A stretch of 64,000 nt of DNA, taken from assembly GCA_000004985.1 (NCBI GenBank), contig GG738906.1; one strand, given 5' to 3'. A program made the translations under genes and the position numbers. Under the pieces are notes generated by a model. It was not told the DNA's origin and ran no database searches. It worked only from the letters and a program-made list of their open reading frames with translations. Position 1 is the first letter of the stretch. The number at the start of each line of letters is the position of its first letter. The DNA is from Naegleria gruberi (lineage: Eukaryota). Shown here piece after piece: positions 54,325 to 64,000 of this stretch.

Positions 54325-55053
54325 TTATCTTGGTACGGTGGCTAATCCCTTTTTCAGTAAATTGGTGACTTGTTCCTTGCTGAAATTGAAGGCAATCCCT
54401 ACTAGTCTGAAAAATTCTTTAGGTGTTTCCTGCAAGGCAGCTGTTAGCACCTTACCATCAATCTTTTGTGCTCCTTGTTTTTTCAATACGTACAAGTAGA
54501 AAAGTGCTGCAAGAATTGCAATACCTCCAACTACTCCAACAACCACACCAACAATTATACCAATAGATTCCTCTGTGGACAGGGCAGAAAACTTCACAAT
54601 AATATCCATGGTTGCTTGATTGATACCATCAGGAGGATTTATCTCAAAATCAATTGTTTTTCCATTAGAAGTACTAGCTTTGATAGGAATACTAAGCTTC
54701 ATTGATTTGTCAGTGTCCAGATATTGTTTTTGATCTAAAGCAACCTCTTTGGAACCGCCATTCTCATCACTAACTGAAACAAGTATAGATGATGTCACAG
54801 TGACAGTGAATAATCCTTGCTTATCAGAGTTGGTAGGCTTGATTTCAATTTCCACTGTTTTATCCTCACTTGTTGATATTGTGTATACCAGATATTTCTT
54901 TGAGGGGTTAGTCATTGTTACCCTAGTTGAACCTTCCATTACTTTATCAACTTGATTAATTTTTCTAAGTTTCCCTATTGAAAGTGTTGCATTAATAATT
55001 GATGCCGAGAGGAAAACCGTAAGGATGAACAGTTGTAGATGATGTTTGTTCAT
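54325..55053 (-). CDS. Small type-I membrane protein (about 242 aa from Met-41): signal peptide, Ser/Thr-rich ectodomain, one TM helix, short cytoplasmic tail. The ORF extends upstream to 55173, but the signal peptide begins at the internal ATG.
   Basis: MNKHHLQLFILTVFLSASIINA (signal-peptide-like) ... IGIIVGVVVGVVGGIAILAALFYLYVL (TM) ... KKQGAQKIDGK.... Confidence 0.45.
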   Translation of the reverse strand: MNKHHLQLFILTVFLSASIINATLSIGKLRKINQVDKVMEGSTRVTMTNPSKKYLVYTISTSEDKTVEIEIKPTNSDKQGLFTVTVTSSILVSVSDENGGSKEVALDQKQYLDTDKSMKLSIPIKASTSNGKTIDFEINPPDGINQATMDIIVKFSALSTEESIGIIVGVVVGVVGGIAILAALFYLYVLKKQGAQKIDGKVLTAALQETPKEFFRLVGIAFNFSKEQVTNLLKKGLATVPR

Positions 55054-55272
55054 TTTATTTGATTTTACTGAGTGAACTTGTAGGGAGTACGAAAATTTCT
55101 GGCGCCATTTTTGAGCCCTTACATGAGACCACTCAATGACTTTCAACATGTTGATAAACCAGCAGTTGACCATATATTTACAATAAAAATTGATAAGTTT
55201 TTCATTAAAGACATGAAGTAGCTGTTAACTTCTGCCTCTTCTCACTTAAAAAATCATTGAGGAAATTAGAGC

Positions 55273-58200
55273 TTACTTTCTTTTGGTATTTATTTTGGGA
55301 AGCCTAAAATTTTCACCTGAGTCAGTACTTCTAGAGGAGATGGATCTCAAATCCATATCACTTTCAATTTGGGCCGTGTGTGTGACCAGATTTTGTTTGG
55401 TATTGGTTTTTGGTTTTGAAGGTGTTGGAGCGCTGCTTCCTGAGTTCTTTTTAAACATTTCCAACCTTTTCATTGGGTCTTTTCTTTCTTCTTTCAATTT
55501 TTTTTGCATTTTCAACTTGTTCATTCTCTTGTTTTTGGCGAACAAATCTTTAGCTGTTTCAATATTCTTAAAGTTCCAATTATTTTTTAAGGCTTCAAGA
55601 TTTGGGTTCGTTCCATTTTGGCTATCAGAAATGGAATTTTTCAAAATACTATTTGAACTGATTCTAATGGAGTCATCTACATCCTCGTCTTCAACATTTT
55701 CTGAGGTATTGATTGTTGATGTATTCACCTCGTCATCCTCATTAGATATCCATTTCTGATTTTTGGAAAGAGTTGAACTTGATGGTTGAGTAGGGAAAAA
55801 GTGTTCCTTGATATTTTCATCACCTCCATGACTTGTTTTGGTATTTACATCATAATAGTACACTTCGAATTTTCTATTCTTTCTTTTTTCTGGAATTTTT
55901 ACATCTATTAAATCAGTATCCACACCTGTATATTCCAAATCGTCAACTGCATTTTCCAACTCAAATATTTCATCAGCTTCGAATTGTCTAGCCCTTTTTA
56001 AAATAGTTCTAACTCTGTATCCTTTCCAAACAGATTGAATCTTGGTTGCAGCTAGGTGTCTCGTATGAAGAGCCTTAAGAATCCAAGGGAGGTTCTTTTT
56101 TCTGGAAATGTAGCCCTTCCACACCTTTTGAATTTTAACCGCTGCCTCATTCTTAAGTTGATCGTTGTGTTTTCTTTTTGCTACTCGCCAGAATCTGAAC
56201 CATCTCTGGATTAGACATACCGAGTGTATTTTGTTAACCTTTTCCTGGTATTCAGTATTTTGACTGAAATGGTTTTGGTGTTTTTTAGGATTAAAGTTCA
56301 AGTGCTCCTCAAAGTGCTTTGATTTTTGTTCTGACTTTTGCTCATACTGGGATAAACGGGTGTCCAATCTCTTTGAGAAACGTTGCTGAACCTTTTGAAA
56401 GCTCCTCTCATCAAATCTCTCAGCACTAAGGCATTGATGGTAATTATTGAATTGAGATCGCTCAATAACTTGTTTGGAACACATATAATAGTAGGTGGTT
56501 TTTGTATTCCACTCTGTTATTGGAAGGGCTTGTAAACTCCTTTGGGACTTGTCCAAGGTGATGGCATCTCTCATAAATTTATATGAATTTTCTCTCAATT
56601 GATTTGCCTCAATTGACGGAACGCAGATTTTTAGTGAATGATTGATAAATGACACCAAATGGCCCACCAATCTTGGAGAATAGTGAACAAGATGAGAAAC
56701 TACACTAAATCTTGAATTCATGCTTACAGGCTCACCATCAAGATTGTTCAAATTTGGGAGAATTCCAATCAATAATTCTCTATATAAAACACCCTTACAT
56801 ATTGGGTTGTCATTGATTTTAACTTCCTCAATGTTTCTACAATATTTTAGGTGTAATATCTCATCTATTGATTGTATATTGTTGAAAGATAAATTAACAT
56901 TCCTCAACATGATACAATTTGAGAGTGGTGATATGTGTTCAATCTTGTTATTGCTCAAGTTCAAATATTGCAAAAGAGGGGAAAATAAAAATTGGTTAGG
57001 AAGCTGAACAATTTGGTTGGTATTCAAATACAAACTCTTTAAAAGTACTTGATGAAAGGATGGAACTTGCATTATTTTGTTTTGGTACAGTATTAAATCC
57101 TCTAACAATAGGTTATACCTCAAGAAATTGTGAAGAGATTCTAATTCGTTGTATCCACAATCCAAGTATTGTAAATTTGAAAATCCATCCAACACTCTTA
57201 AATCTGATATTTGATTAATATCCACTCGTAAATATTGTAAATTTCTATTATTTTGTAATCCACTCAAGTCTTGAATTTTGTTATTACACATATTAATACC
57301 TCTTAATTGGCAAGTATTTCTTAAAGAACCAAGAGAAGTAATATTATTTCCTATGGCATACAATTCTTTGAGTTTTGAAGCTATTTCTCTGTTCATTTGA
57401 ATTGAGGTTAACCTGTTATCATTTAGTGATAAGCACTCAAGTTGATTCAAATTTTTAAGCGTACCCAAAGATTGAAGAACGTTGGTATCAAGAAAAAGTG
57501 CTCTCAAATTATAGAATGGCTCGAAAACTCTTTCTTTGATTGAAGATATTTCTTCTCCTCTAATATTGATCAATACGACTGTGTTGTCATCCTTTTCAAA
57601 AGGCATGTTGTTCTCCAGTTTTTCTTCATCAAGAATTGAAAAAGGCTTTGAAAGAGATGAAGAGGAACTGTCTTTCACAAGTGTTGGTGTTGGGAGTGGG
57701 GGAGGTTTTGAGAAATTTTTGATTGTTGCTCTCCACCTTTCAAAGTCCTGGAATAGAGTCCAACATTTTGACTTTCTAGAATTCTCTACTGACTCTAATA
57801 TACATTTGATAATGTACAGTCTTTTGATAGATTTTAAACGATCTCTTTCCCTCTTCTTTTCTTCTTCAATCCTCTTTTGTTCCATATCTCTTTTGAGCTT
57901 TTCCTCCTCTTGTTGTTTCCTTCTCTTATCCTCTTCTATTCTCTTAATTTCCTGCTCTTTTCTTATTCTTTCTTCTTCTTCTTTTTTTTTCTTTTCCACT
58001 TCCTTGAGTTTTTTGTCATTGTCAATTTTTTTCTTTCTTTGAAGAGCTTTTTCTGTTTTTAATGCTTCGATTTGTTTCCTTTCTTGTTCTTCCTTGAGTC
58101 TTTGCTCTTCTTGTTTCTTGAGCATTAACTTTTCTAGGATCTCTTGTTTTTCAATTTCCTGCTGCAGTTCTTCTTCTTTTTTTTTCTGGGCTGCTACAAT

Positions 58201-59113
58201 TTGTCTCTCTATTTCAGCTTGCTGTTTCTTGAATAAGATTTCTTGTTGCTCCAACTGTTTCTTGACTTTTTCATTCTCTTGTCTTTCTTCATCATCTCTT
58301 TTTCTCTTCTCTTCTTGATATTTTCTTTGTTTTTCCCTAAGTTCAAACTCTTGCTTTTTCCTTTCTATTTCTCGTTCTCTTTCTTCCTCCTCGAATTTCT
58401 TTTTTAAAAGCTCTGAAGAAGAATTGTCAATGGCTTCTTCTGAAATTGTGATAATATCTACTGTAGTATTCGCTGGTTTGAAATTATTTTGAGATTTCTC
58501 TGTGTTGGGATTGATGGATGTCTTGGCAGGGGTGATAATTTTTGGTACAATTTGAACTTTTTCTTCAACCTATAATCCAATAACTGTTTGTTTCATTAGG
58601 ATTCCAATTAAATCTACTTACAGCAATGGTAACAGATTCTTTGAGTTCTTTTACGGAAGTCAAATAATTTTCAATAAAATCATCCTCATCCAACATTTTT
58701 CTCACCTCATCAATGTCTTCTCCAAAATTAAAATCCTGTTTTGATTCAAATGTTGTTAAGAAAGCTCCATCACCTGATTGCAACTCATTTCTCTTATTCA
58801 CCAACGATTCAAACTCATCCACATATCTGTTGTAATCATCATAGGAAGAGCGAAGAGAAGAAATATCTGTTAATGTGGCCATTACTACAATACCGAAGAA
58901 AAAATACTTACCATCTCTATAATTTTGTTGTTTGAAACTAAATGTACTTGTATTATCGTCACTCTCTTCCTCCTCCTCCAATTCCAAGTTATAATAACTT
59001 AAAAGATCTTTTAGAACAGAATTTGCCCTTGAGGAATCTCTTGGACTACTTATCATGTCATCCATTGTACCTTTAAAACGATCTAAATCCTTCCATAGAA
59101 TTATTGTTATCAT
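55273..59113 (-). CDS. Leucine-rich-repeat + IQ-motif protein with a long Lys/Glu-rich coiled coil (about 1263 aa; LRRIQ1/CEP97-like architecture). Exons 58622..59113 and 55273..58569; 52-nt intron 58570..58621 (GTAAGT...ATTATAG).
   Basis: ORF 55273..58254 continues open upstream to the TAG within ttatag|GTT. ORF 58565..59113 has a GTAAGT donor after ...ESVTIA (phase 0), which joins to VEEKVQIVPKI.... Then comes a KE-rich coiled coil of about 350 aa, then SDS22-like LRRs (LNQLECLSLNDNRLTSI..., LQYLRVDINQISDL..., LQYLNLSNNKIEHI...), then IQ motifs (AAVKIQKVWKGYISRKK, AATKIQSVWKGYRVRTILK). Confidence 0.65.
57850..58400. repeat. Low-complexity polypyrimidine (plus strand) / polypurine (coding strand) tract with TCTTC/TTCTT-type microrepeats. 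It encodes the Lys/Glu-rich coiled coil of the LRR-IQ protein.
   Basis: Runs such as ttcttcttcttttttttt and ctcttcttgtttcttg. Spurious plus-strand poly-Ser/Phe ORFs (57536..58042, 57877..58062, 58094..58318) overlap it. Confidence 0.4.
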
Positions 59114-59245
59114 TAGATAAGTTCGGAACTAGTGGGCTGCTGTTGTTTTTGGCTTGAGCCACATTAATCATCAAATCTATTTATTTTTTTGGTGTTGGTT
59201 TGTACTTGAAAATGGCGGGATAGTTTGTAGTGGGTAAAGGATCCA

Positions 59246-62200
59246 TCAATATTTGCTAGAATAATTTGTAAATGGCTCTACAATCTCATATTCCTCTTCA
59301 AAGGTCTTTTCTTCTGTTGGTTGTGTGGCCGAGTCATTATTGATAATAGTAAGAGCCTTTTCGATTTCCTTAAACCAGTCCAAGCATTCTTCTTTGGTCT
59401 CACAAATAAAGCCAAGCGGAATTCGTTTAGATGGGGTATTAATGATGAGTGTAAACTGGCGTTCTCCTTTATACTTATCATTAATACTCCATTTTTCTTT
59501 TTCTTCCTTATCTGCTATACTTTGGTCTATTTCAATTGGAGGAAAATCTCTTCCAGGAGATAATTGGTCCATTTCGAACGCAGCTTCATCAGTACCCATT
59601 ACAACAGAGGCACCCTTCAAAGGATAGAGGTTGAATCTGGAGACTAGTTTCTGTACAAAGTTTGTTTCCTTAATTATAACAACGTCACTCATTAAATAAA
59701 CTTGGACATAAAGTTCTGTAAATCTAAGTTCTAAAAGGTCTTCAATTGTTTTGTTTTTTACAGCATCCCAATAAGGTGTAACTTGTCCTCTTATTTCAGA
59801 TATAGTTCCCTTATTATACAGCTTGTTCATTACATCTTTCTTAAAGTTGTTGATGCCCTTGTTTTGACCTAGAATCAATCTACCCTCTTTCAAAAAGAAT
59901 CTACCTGGCTTGAGTAAGGATTCGTTCATCTTTAGTTTTTTTTCAATTTCCAATACCTTATATTTGTTATTAATTCTATAAATGTATTCCTCTTGCTCTT
60001 GTACTATATGTCTAAGTTCTCTTACAACAATTCTAAGGTTTTTAAAATCTGGATGAGAATCTGGTGTATATCTCAATATCTTTTGTAAAAACTTTAGGTA
60101 AATGAATAATCTAGTTACAGGAAGAAGAAGGTATGCATCATAGATATGTCCACTACAAATTGGTAACCTCTTTCTTAGTTTGATATACTTGTCAAATTCT
60201 TCATTTGTTTTTCTCAGTTTGTTTAATACTGCTGCTGCATTTTCGTAAACACTTGGATACTTAACATATAATTGTCTAAATTCTTCCAAACGAGTTTCGA
60301 AAACTTTTGAAATTTCTATGGAATCCTCATTTTTCATAGATCGTGCTTGTGTCAGTGGTAAAAGCTTTGATTTGAGGTCAATATATAATCCTCTAGCATT
60401 TCCTATTATGTCTAGAATAACTGAAGGAAGTACACAATCTCTCTCTGAATTTGAAATATTGAATTCATTTCTATTCTTACAAATATCAAGTAAAGGTTCG
60501 AAAAGTATATCATTAAATACATTCATATGGCTTATATATTCTGTTTCACTATTTAATAATTGCAATAGTAAAACTTGTCGGTTAGGTATGTTCTTTTGAT
60601 ATTGTTCATTGATTTTCTTAATTTCTGGGCTATCTTCTTCGCCTAAACTCTCACTAACACCTCCTCCAAATAGATAATTGGTAGCTTTTACAGACTTTCT
60701 TCTATTTTTTGATTTAATACGCAAATCTTCCTCAGTGTTCAATTTGGAAAGTATAAGGGAAGTTGTATAGTAGAATAAATCATTATCATTGTACTTGAAA
60801 TATTTCAACTTCTTAAGTTGTCTTATATCGTCAGGAACCTCTCTAAGTTCATTTCCTGAAATATTCAGATCCGTTAACGTATTTTTAAGTAGTGATATAT
60901 CATTAGGGAAAATAAGAAGTGAATTTCCACTGAGGTCCAATGTTAAAATATTTGGAAGCTTGAGAATACATCCCGGTACATATTCAAAATTATTGTTACT
61001 TAAATCTAATTCTTTTAACTTTTTCATTTCACAAAAGTTTTCAGGTAATTCATAAAGATAATTATATGGTAAAAATAAATAAGTCAATGACTTTAAAGTA
61101 GTTGCAAACCAGGTAGGTATGGAAGATATGTAGTTATTCGAAATATCCAGAAGTGTAATATTTCCTCCTTCCACGAGGGATTGTATAGGAACTTGTGAGA
61201 GTATGTTGTATCGAAAGTAAACAGCTTGTGTTTTAGAACTTATTGGGGTTGGATTGTGATTTTGTCTGAATGCTCCTTCCCTATCAGTTATTCCATCAAA
61301 TATTTGTTTAAGATTTTTGTGAACAGCAATAGGTTGGTCAATAGAGTGAGACTCAGCTGCCAGCTGTTTGTAATCTAAATCTCCAGAACTTGGTCTCCTA
61401 GATTCCTTATTTGCCTCCTCATTTGCAGTCTCAGATTCCCCATAGTTTACTATCTGTGTTTCTGTGTCAGAATCAGATTCACTATCAGAATAATTTATAC
61501 TATCAGTTGCTGTGCTATCAAAGTCATCTACATTTGCTGTCAAGTTGCCATAACTGATGGATAATCTTTTCCAAGTATTTTTACCTCCATCTATTAAATC
61601 ATTGTCAGAATTTTTAAATTCTGATTTTTCAGTCTTTGCCACTTCTGGAATCGTATCTAATTTTTCTTCTTCTACTGGTTGCTTCAATTCTTTATACATT
61701 TCTCTTAATTCTTTAGTATCCGTAATATCATACTTATTTTTGTTAATATACATTCTTTGCTTTTTTTGTTCCTTCTTATTTGTTTTATATTGTTTTAATG
61801 CTCTTGGTACAGTTGATGTGTTGATTGAGTTTACAAATTCGTATGGTCTGGGCACTGAATAATGATCATCATCAGTTTGGTTGACTGAATCAGTGGTATC
61901 AAAATCTTTCCTGATTGATCTTCTCGGATTACCAAAAGGACCGTTCCTCATTTCTAATGTTTCAAAATCCAATTCATCTATTTGTGTACTAATTTCAAAT
62001 CTTACTTTTTTTCTGGAAAGATTGGATGAGCTGGTATTATTTTTGAGCATGTTGAAATTATAGGTTTGTTGTGATTTGGATGCTTGTGTTTTAGAAGGGT
62101 GAGATATGTTTGTGTTGTAAGACTCATCTAAAAGTTGTACCAAATTTAAAAATGTAATAATGTTCGTTTTAAATGTAATGACTATCGATTGAAGAGCGTA

Positions 62201-62464
62201 TTGAAGTGGCTTGATGAGTGTTGGACATATTATGAGTATTGCTGCAATTATTAAACAAAGAATAACGATATCCGAAGCTATTCGCCCAAAAAATGTTAAT
62301 ATCAAGTACGGAAAGTTTGAAGTATTTGGTGTTGTGGTATTCGCTGAAGTGATTATTTCGGAAATGTTCTCAGAGAGAACCGAAATTACTTGTGTCAGTT
62401 TTTCTTGATGATCATCAAGAGGTGTTGATGAAGTGATATTAAAATAGTTGGCTTGACCATCCAT
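59246..62464 (-). CDS. Membrane-anchored LRR-containing Rho guanine-nucleotide exchange factor (N-terminal TM segment(s), LRR block, DH-PH tandem), 1072 aa, single exon.
   Basis: Hydrophobic N-terminus YLILTFFGRIASDIVILCLIIAAILIICPTLI. LRRs (LTLLDISNNYISSIP, LKELDLSNNNFEYVP, LTLDLSGNSLLIFP, LTDLNISGNELREVP). DH domain (RQVLLLQLLNSETEYISHMNVFNDILFEPL...) followed by a PH-like region (...RFFLKEGRLILGQ...). Confidence 0.75.
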   Translation of the reverse strand: MDGQANYFNITSSTPLDDHQEKLTQVISVLSENISEIITSANTTTPNTSNFPYLILTFFGRIASDIVILCLIIAAILIICPTLIKPLQYALQSIVITFKTNIITFLNLVQLLDESYNTNISHPSKTQASKSQQTYNFNMLKNNTSSSNLSRKKVRFEISTQIDELDFETLEMRNGPFGNPRRSIRKDFDTTDSVNQTDDDHYSVPRPYEFVNSINTSTVPRALKQYKTNKKEQKKQRMYINKNKYDITDTKELREMYKELKQPVEEEKLDTIPEVAKTEKSEFKNSDNDLIDGGKNTWKRLSISYGNLTANVDDFDSTATDSINYSDSESDSDTETQIVNYGESETANEEANKESRRPSSGDLDYKQLAAESHSIDQPIAVHKNLKQIFDGITDREGAFRQNHNPTPISSKTQAVYFRYNILSQVPIQSLVEGGNITLLDISNNYISSIPTWFATTLKSLTYLFLPYNYLYELPENFCEMKKLKELDLSNNNFEYVPGCILKLPNILTLDLSGNSLLIFPNDISLLKNTLTDLNISGNELREVPDDIRQLKKLKYFKYNDNDLFYYTTSLILSKLNTEEDLRIKSKNRRKSVKATNYLFGGGVSESLGEEDSPEIKKINEQYQKNIPNRQVLLLQLLNSETEYISHMNVFNDILFEPLLDICKNRNEFNISNSERDCVLPSVILDIIGNARGLYIDLKSKLLPLTQARSMKNEDSIEISKVFETRLEEFRQLYVKYPSVYENAAAVLNKLRKTNEEFDKYIKLRKRLPICSGHIYDAYLLLPVTRLFIYLKFLQKILRYTPDSHPDFKNLRIVVRELRHIVQEQEEYIYRINNKYKVLEIEKKLKMNESLLKPGRFFLKEGRLILGQNKGINNFKKDVMNKLYNKGTISEIRGQVTPYWDAVKNKTIEDLLELRFTELYVQVYLMSDVVIIKETNFVQKLVSRFNLYPLKGASVVMGTDEAAFEMDQLSPGRDFPPIEIDQSIADKEEKEKWSINDKYKGERQFTLIINTPSKRIPLGFICETKEECLDWFKEIEKALTIINNDSATQPTEEKTFEEEYEIVEPFTNYSSKY

Positions 62465-62496
62465 TTTTTTAAAGTATTTTTAGGTAACTTCAAGAG

Positions 62497-62527
62497 GAAT
62501 CCCGCCAATTTTAACAACCGCGCCATA
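62497..62527. promoter_or_regulatory. Two E2F-like GC-rich elements (aaTCCCGCCaat at 62498..62509 and aaCCGCGCCat at 62516..62526) plus an overlapping CCAAT in the 87-nt divergent spacer between the RhoGEF and MCM2 start codons.
   Basis: TCCCGCC/GGCGGGA and CCGCGCC/GGCGCGG match the E2F core TTTSSCGC. These are the only CG-containing stretches in this spacer. Confidence 0.35.
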
Positions 62528-62551
62528 AATTTAAAAAAAATAAACCAAAAA

Positions 62552-64000
62552 ATGAATCCGCCAGAAGATGTTGAAACACAAGAGTACGAAGAGGAAATTC
62601 CATTTGATGAAGAGGAGGAGGAAGGTGAAGATTTATTTGCGGATGACGTATTAGAGGAGGACTATACAAAAGGACCAACAGAAGAAGACTTTTATGATGA
62701 GCAATATATTGACAATACTACATACCATCCTATGAGCTATCATGATCGTTTGAACGTTGAAAATTTAATGAATTCTAGAGATGAAGAAGAAGAGGATGAA
62801 ATAGATCAAGCCATTAGACGGAGTGAAAACAAACGTAAGAGTTTGCCTTCTTCCGATGATGCAATTCTACATTTATTGGGAGATGACAATACAGATGAAT
62901 CTCATTCCTTTGAAGAGGACGAAGAAGATGATGGACAAACTTCGTTTGATGAGATTTTTACAGGTGACATTAGAGAAAAAATTGCTATGGAGAGAACAAG
63001 AGCTCTCATATTAAAGGGTTTTAGAAGGTTTTTCACAGAGGAAAAAAGAGAAGTTTATATGGAAGCCATCAAACATGCTGTAGCTAATAATAAGAAATCG
63101 ATAGTTGTCAATTTCACTGATCTTTCAGTTGCTCCTCATCTACTTTTATTATTGACAGATTTACCTGATGCTACCATTGAATTAATGGAAGAAGCTGTAA
63201 ATAGAATTGTAGAATTACAATATCCGAATTATGTGGGAGATGATTTTCATATCAGAATCAAAAACTTGCCAACTGTGGAATCAATTCGTGATTTGAGACA
63301 TTCCAGTTTAAATCAGTTGATATCTGTAAGAGGAGTAGTGACAAGAAGAACTGCCATGTTTCCTCAACTTAAATTTGTAAAGTATGATTGTGTTAAATGT
63401 GGAGAAAGCTTGAGTCCAATAATAGTGAGAAATGCATCAGATGTTTCTAAACCTTCTAGCTGTCCTGGTTGTGCTGGAAAAAACTGTTTCATTATTAATG
63501 AAGCTAAAACTATTTATTCTAATTACCAAAAGATAACAATTCAAGAGCCTCCTGGAACAGTTCCAGCAGGTAGAATACCAAGATCCAAAGATGTGATTCT
63601 TGTTGATGACTTGATTGATTGCACCAGACCTGGAGAGGAAGTTATTGTCACAGGAGTTTATAAACAAAATTATGATGCATTCCTCAATGTGAAACAAGGA
63701 TTCCCAGTGTTTGCCACAATAATAGAAGCCAACTATGTGGAGAAAATATTCGACAAACGAAGTGAAGCCATCACCAAAGAAGATGAAAGAAAGATTCAAC
63801 AATTAGCAAAAAATCCACATATTCAGGAAAAGATTATCAAATCAATAGCACCTTCAATTTTTGGACATGAAGATATTAAGAAGGGTATAGCTTTATCTTT
63901 ATTTGGAGGTGTAAGAAGAGTATCTGAAGAACATACTACAAGAGGTGATATCAATGTTTTACTATTAGGTGATCCAGGTACAGCAAAATCTCAAATCCTT
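62552..64000 (+). CDS. MCM2: DNA replication licensing factor MCM2, N-terminal about 483 aa; 3'-truncated by the window edge. No intron within the window.
   Basis: Acidic histone-binding-type N-terminus, the RRF-type motif ...ILKGFRRFF..., a C4 zinc finger (CVKCG...CPGCAG) and OB-fold region. The MCM box begins with ...GDINVLLLGDPGTAKSQIL (Walker A) at the window edge. The ATG at 62552 follows an A-rich leader. The frame is open to position 64000. Confidence 0.85.
   Translation, partial: MNPPEDVETQEYEEEIPFDEEEEEGEDLFADDVLEEDYTKGPTEEDFYDEQYIDNTTYHPMSYHDRLNVENLMNSRDEEEEDEIDQAIRRSENKRKSLPSSDDAILHLLGDDNTDESHSFEEDEEDDGQTSFDEIFTGDIREKIAMERTRALILKGFRRFFTEEKREVYMEAIKHAVANNKKSIVVNFTDLSVAPHLLLLLTDLPDATIELMEEAVNRIVELQYPNYVGDDFHIRIKNLPTVESIRDLRHSSLNQLISVRGVVTRRTAMFPQLKFVKYDCVKCGESLSPIIVRNASDVSKPSSCPGCAGKNCFIINEAKTIYSNYQKITIQEPPGTVPAGRIPRSKDVILVDDLIDCTRPGEEVIVTGVYKQNYDAFLNVKQGFPVFATIIEANYVEKIFDKRSEAITKEDERKIQQLAKNPHIQEKIIKSIAPSIFGHEDIKKGIALSLFGGVRRVSEEHTTRGDINVLLLGDPGTAKSQIL

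Noticed and set aside
55283-58318. Plus-strand ORFs 55283..55759, 56720..57007, 57536..58042, 57877..58062 and 58094..58318, with poly-Ser/Phe/Leu products.
   Set aside because: These are antisense shadows of the LRR-IQ gene's polypurine (KE-rich) coding tract. Their composition-driven low complexity carries no protein signal.
58880-58910. Possible 27-nt intron (GTAAGTATTTTTTCTTCGGTATTGTAG) inside the first exon of the LRR-IQ gene.
   Set aside because: It is shorter than every other intron in the window (minimum 38 nt). Read-through keeps the frame open and gives a plausible peptide (DGKYFFFGIVVMATL).
1-64000. Prokaryote-style features (operons with RBS, CRISPR arrays, phage/defence islands, IS elements).
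   Set aside because: Every gene model needs spliceosomal introns with GT-AG boundaries, and there are no Shine-Dalgarno contexts. The gene content is eukaryote-specific (MCM2, condensin, RRN3, PI31, CDC123, GAIN-7TM). No direct-repeat/spacer arrays and no transposase- or integrase-like ORFs were seen.

Overview
This is a compact, AT-rich eukaryotic nuclear segment read with the standard genetic code. About 27 protein-coding genes lie on both strands in mixed orientation; no rRNA, tRNA, transposon, CRISPR array or prokaryotic-style feature could be supported. Introns are few, uniformly short spliceosomal introns (mostly 38-61 nt, GTAAGT/GTATGT/GTGAGT...AG, weak polypyrimidine tract); one 98-nt and one 394-nt outlier also occur. 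Many six-frame ORFs are exon fragments, and I re-joined them by reading the splice sites. Spacers between genes are often only 0-40 nt. Genes I recognise from motifs: arginyl-tRNA synthetase; a Ski2/Mtr4-family DEVH helicase; an FHA+RING E3 ligase (CHFR/RNF8-like); condensin subunit 2 (CAP-H/Barren); an eRF3/HBS1-like EF1A-family GTPase; RRN3; an ABCG half-transporter; PI31; SNM1/PSO2 nuclease; CDC123; a WD40 protein; a glutathione-reductase/dihydrolipoamide-dehydrogenase-family flavoprotein; an LRR+IQ coiled-coil protein; a membrane-anchored LRR-RhoGEF; a RhoGAP-MORN fusion; and the 5' part of MCM2. The most striking content is two giant single- or two-exon genes for proteins with an N-glycan-rich ectodomain, a GPS/GAIN-type motif and a seven-helix membrane domain (adhesion-GPCR-like). 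One has a textbook Cys/Trp GAIN pattern, CSCNHTTLFAVL. The other has a degenerate version, CGLNHDFASL. Also notable is an operon-like packing: same-strand genes 14-28 nt apart, divergent ATGs 37 nt apart, and convergent stop codons directly abutting. The organism cannot be named from sequence alone. Codon usage, E2F-like sites upstream of MCM2 and condensin, and canonical GAIN/FHA-RING/LRR-IQ architectures point to a highly compacted holozoan, amoebozoan or similar eukaryote, but this is inference.
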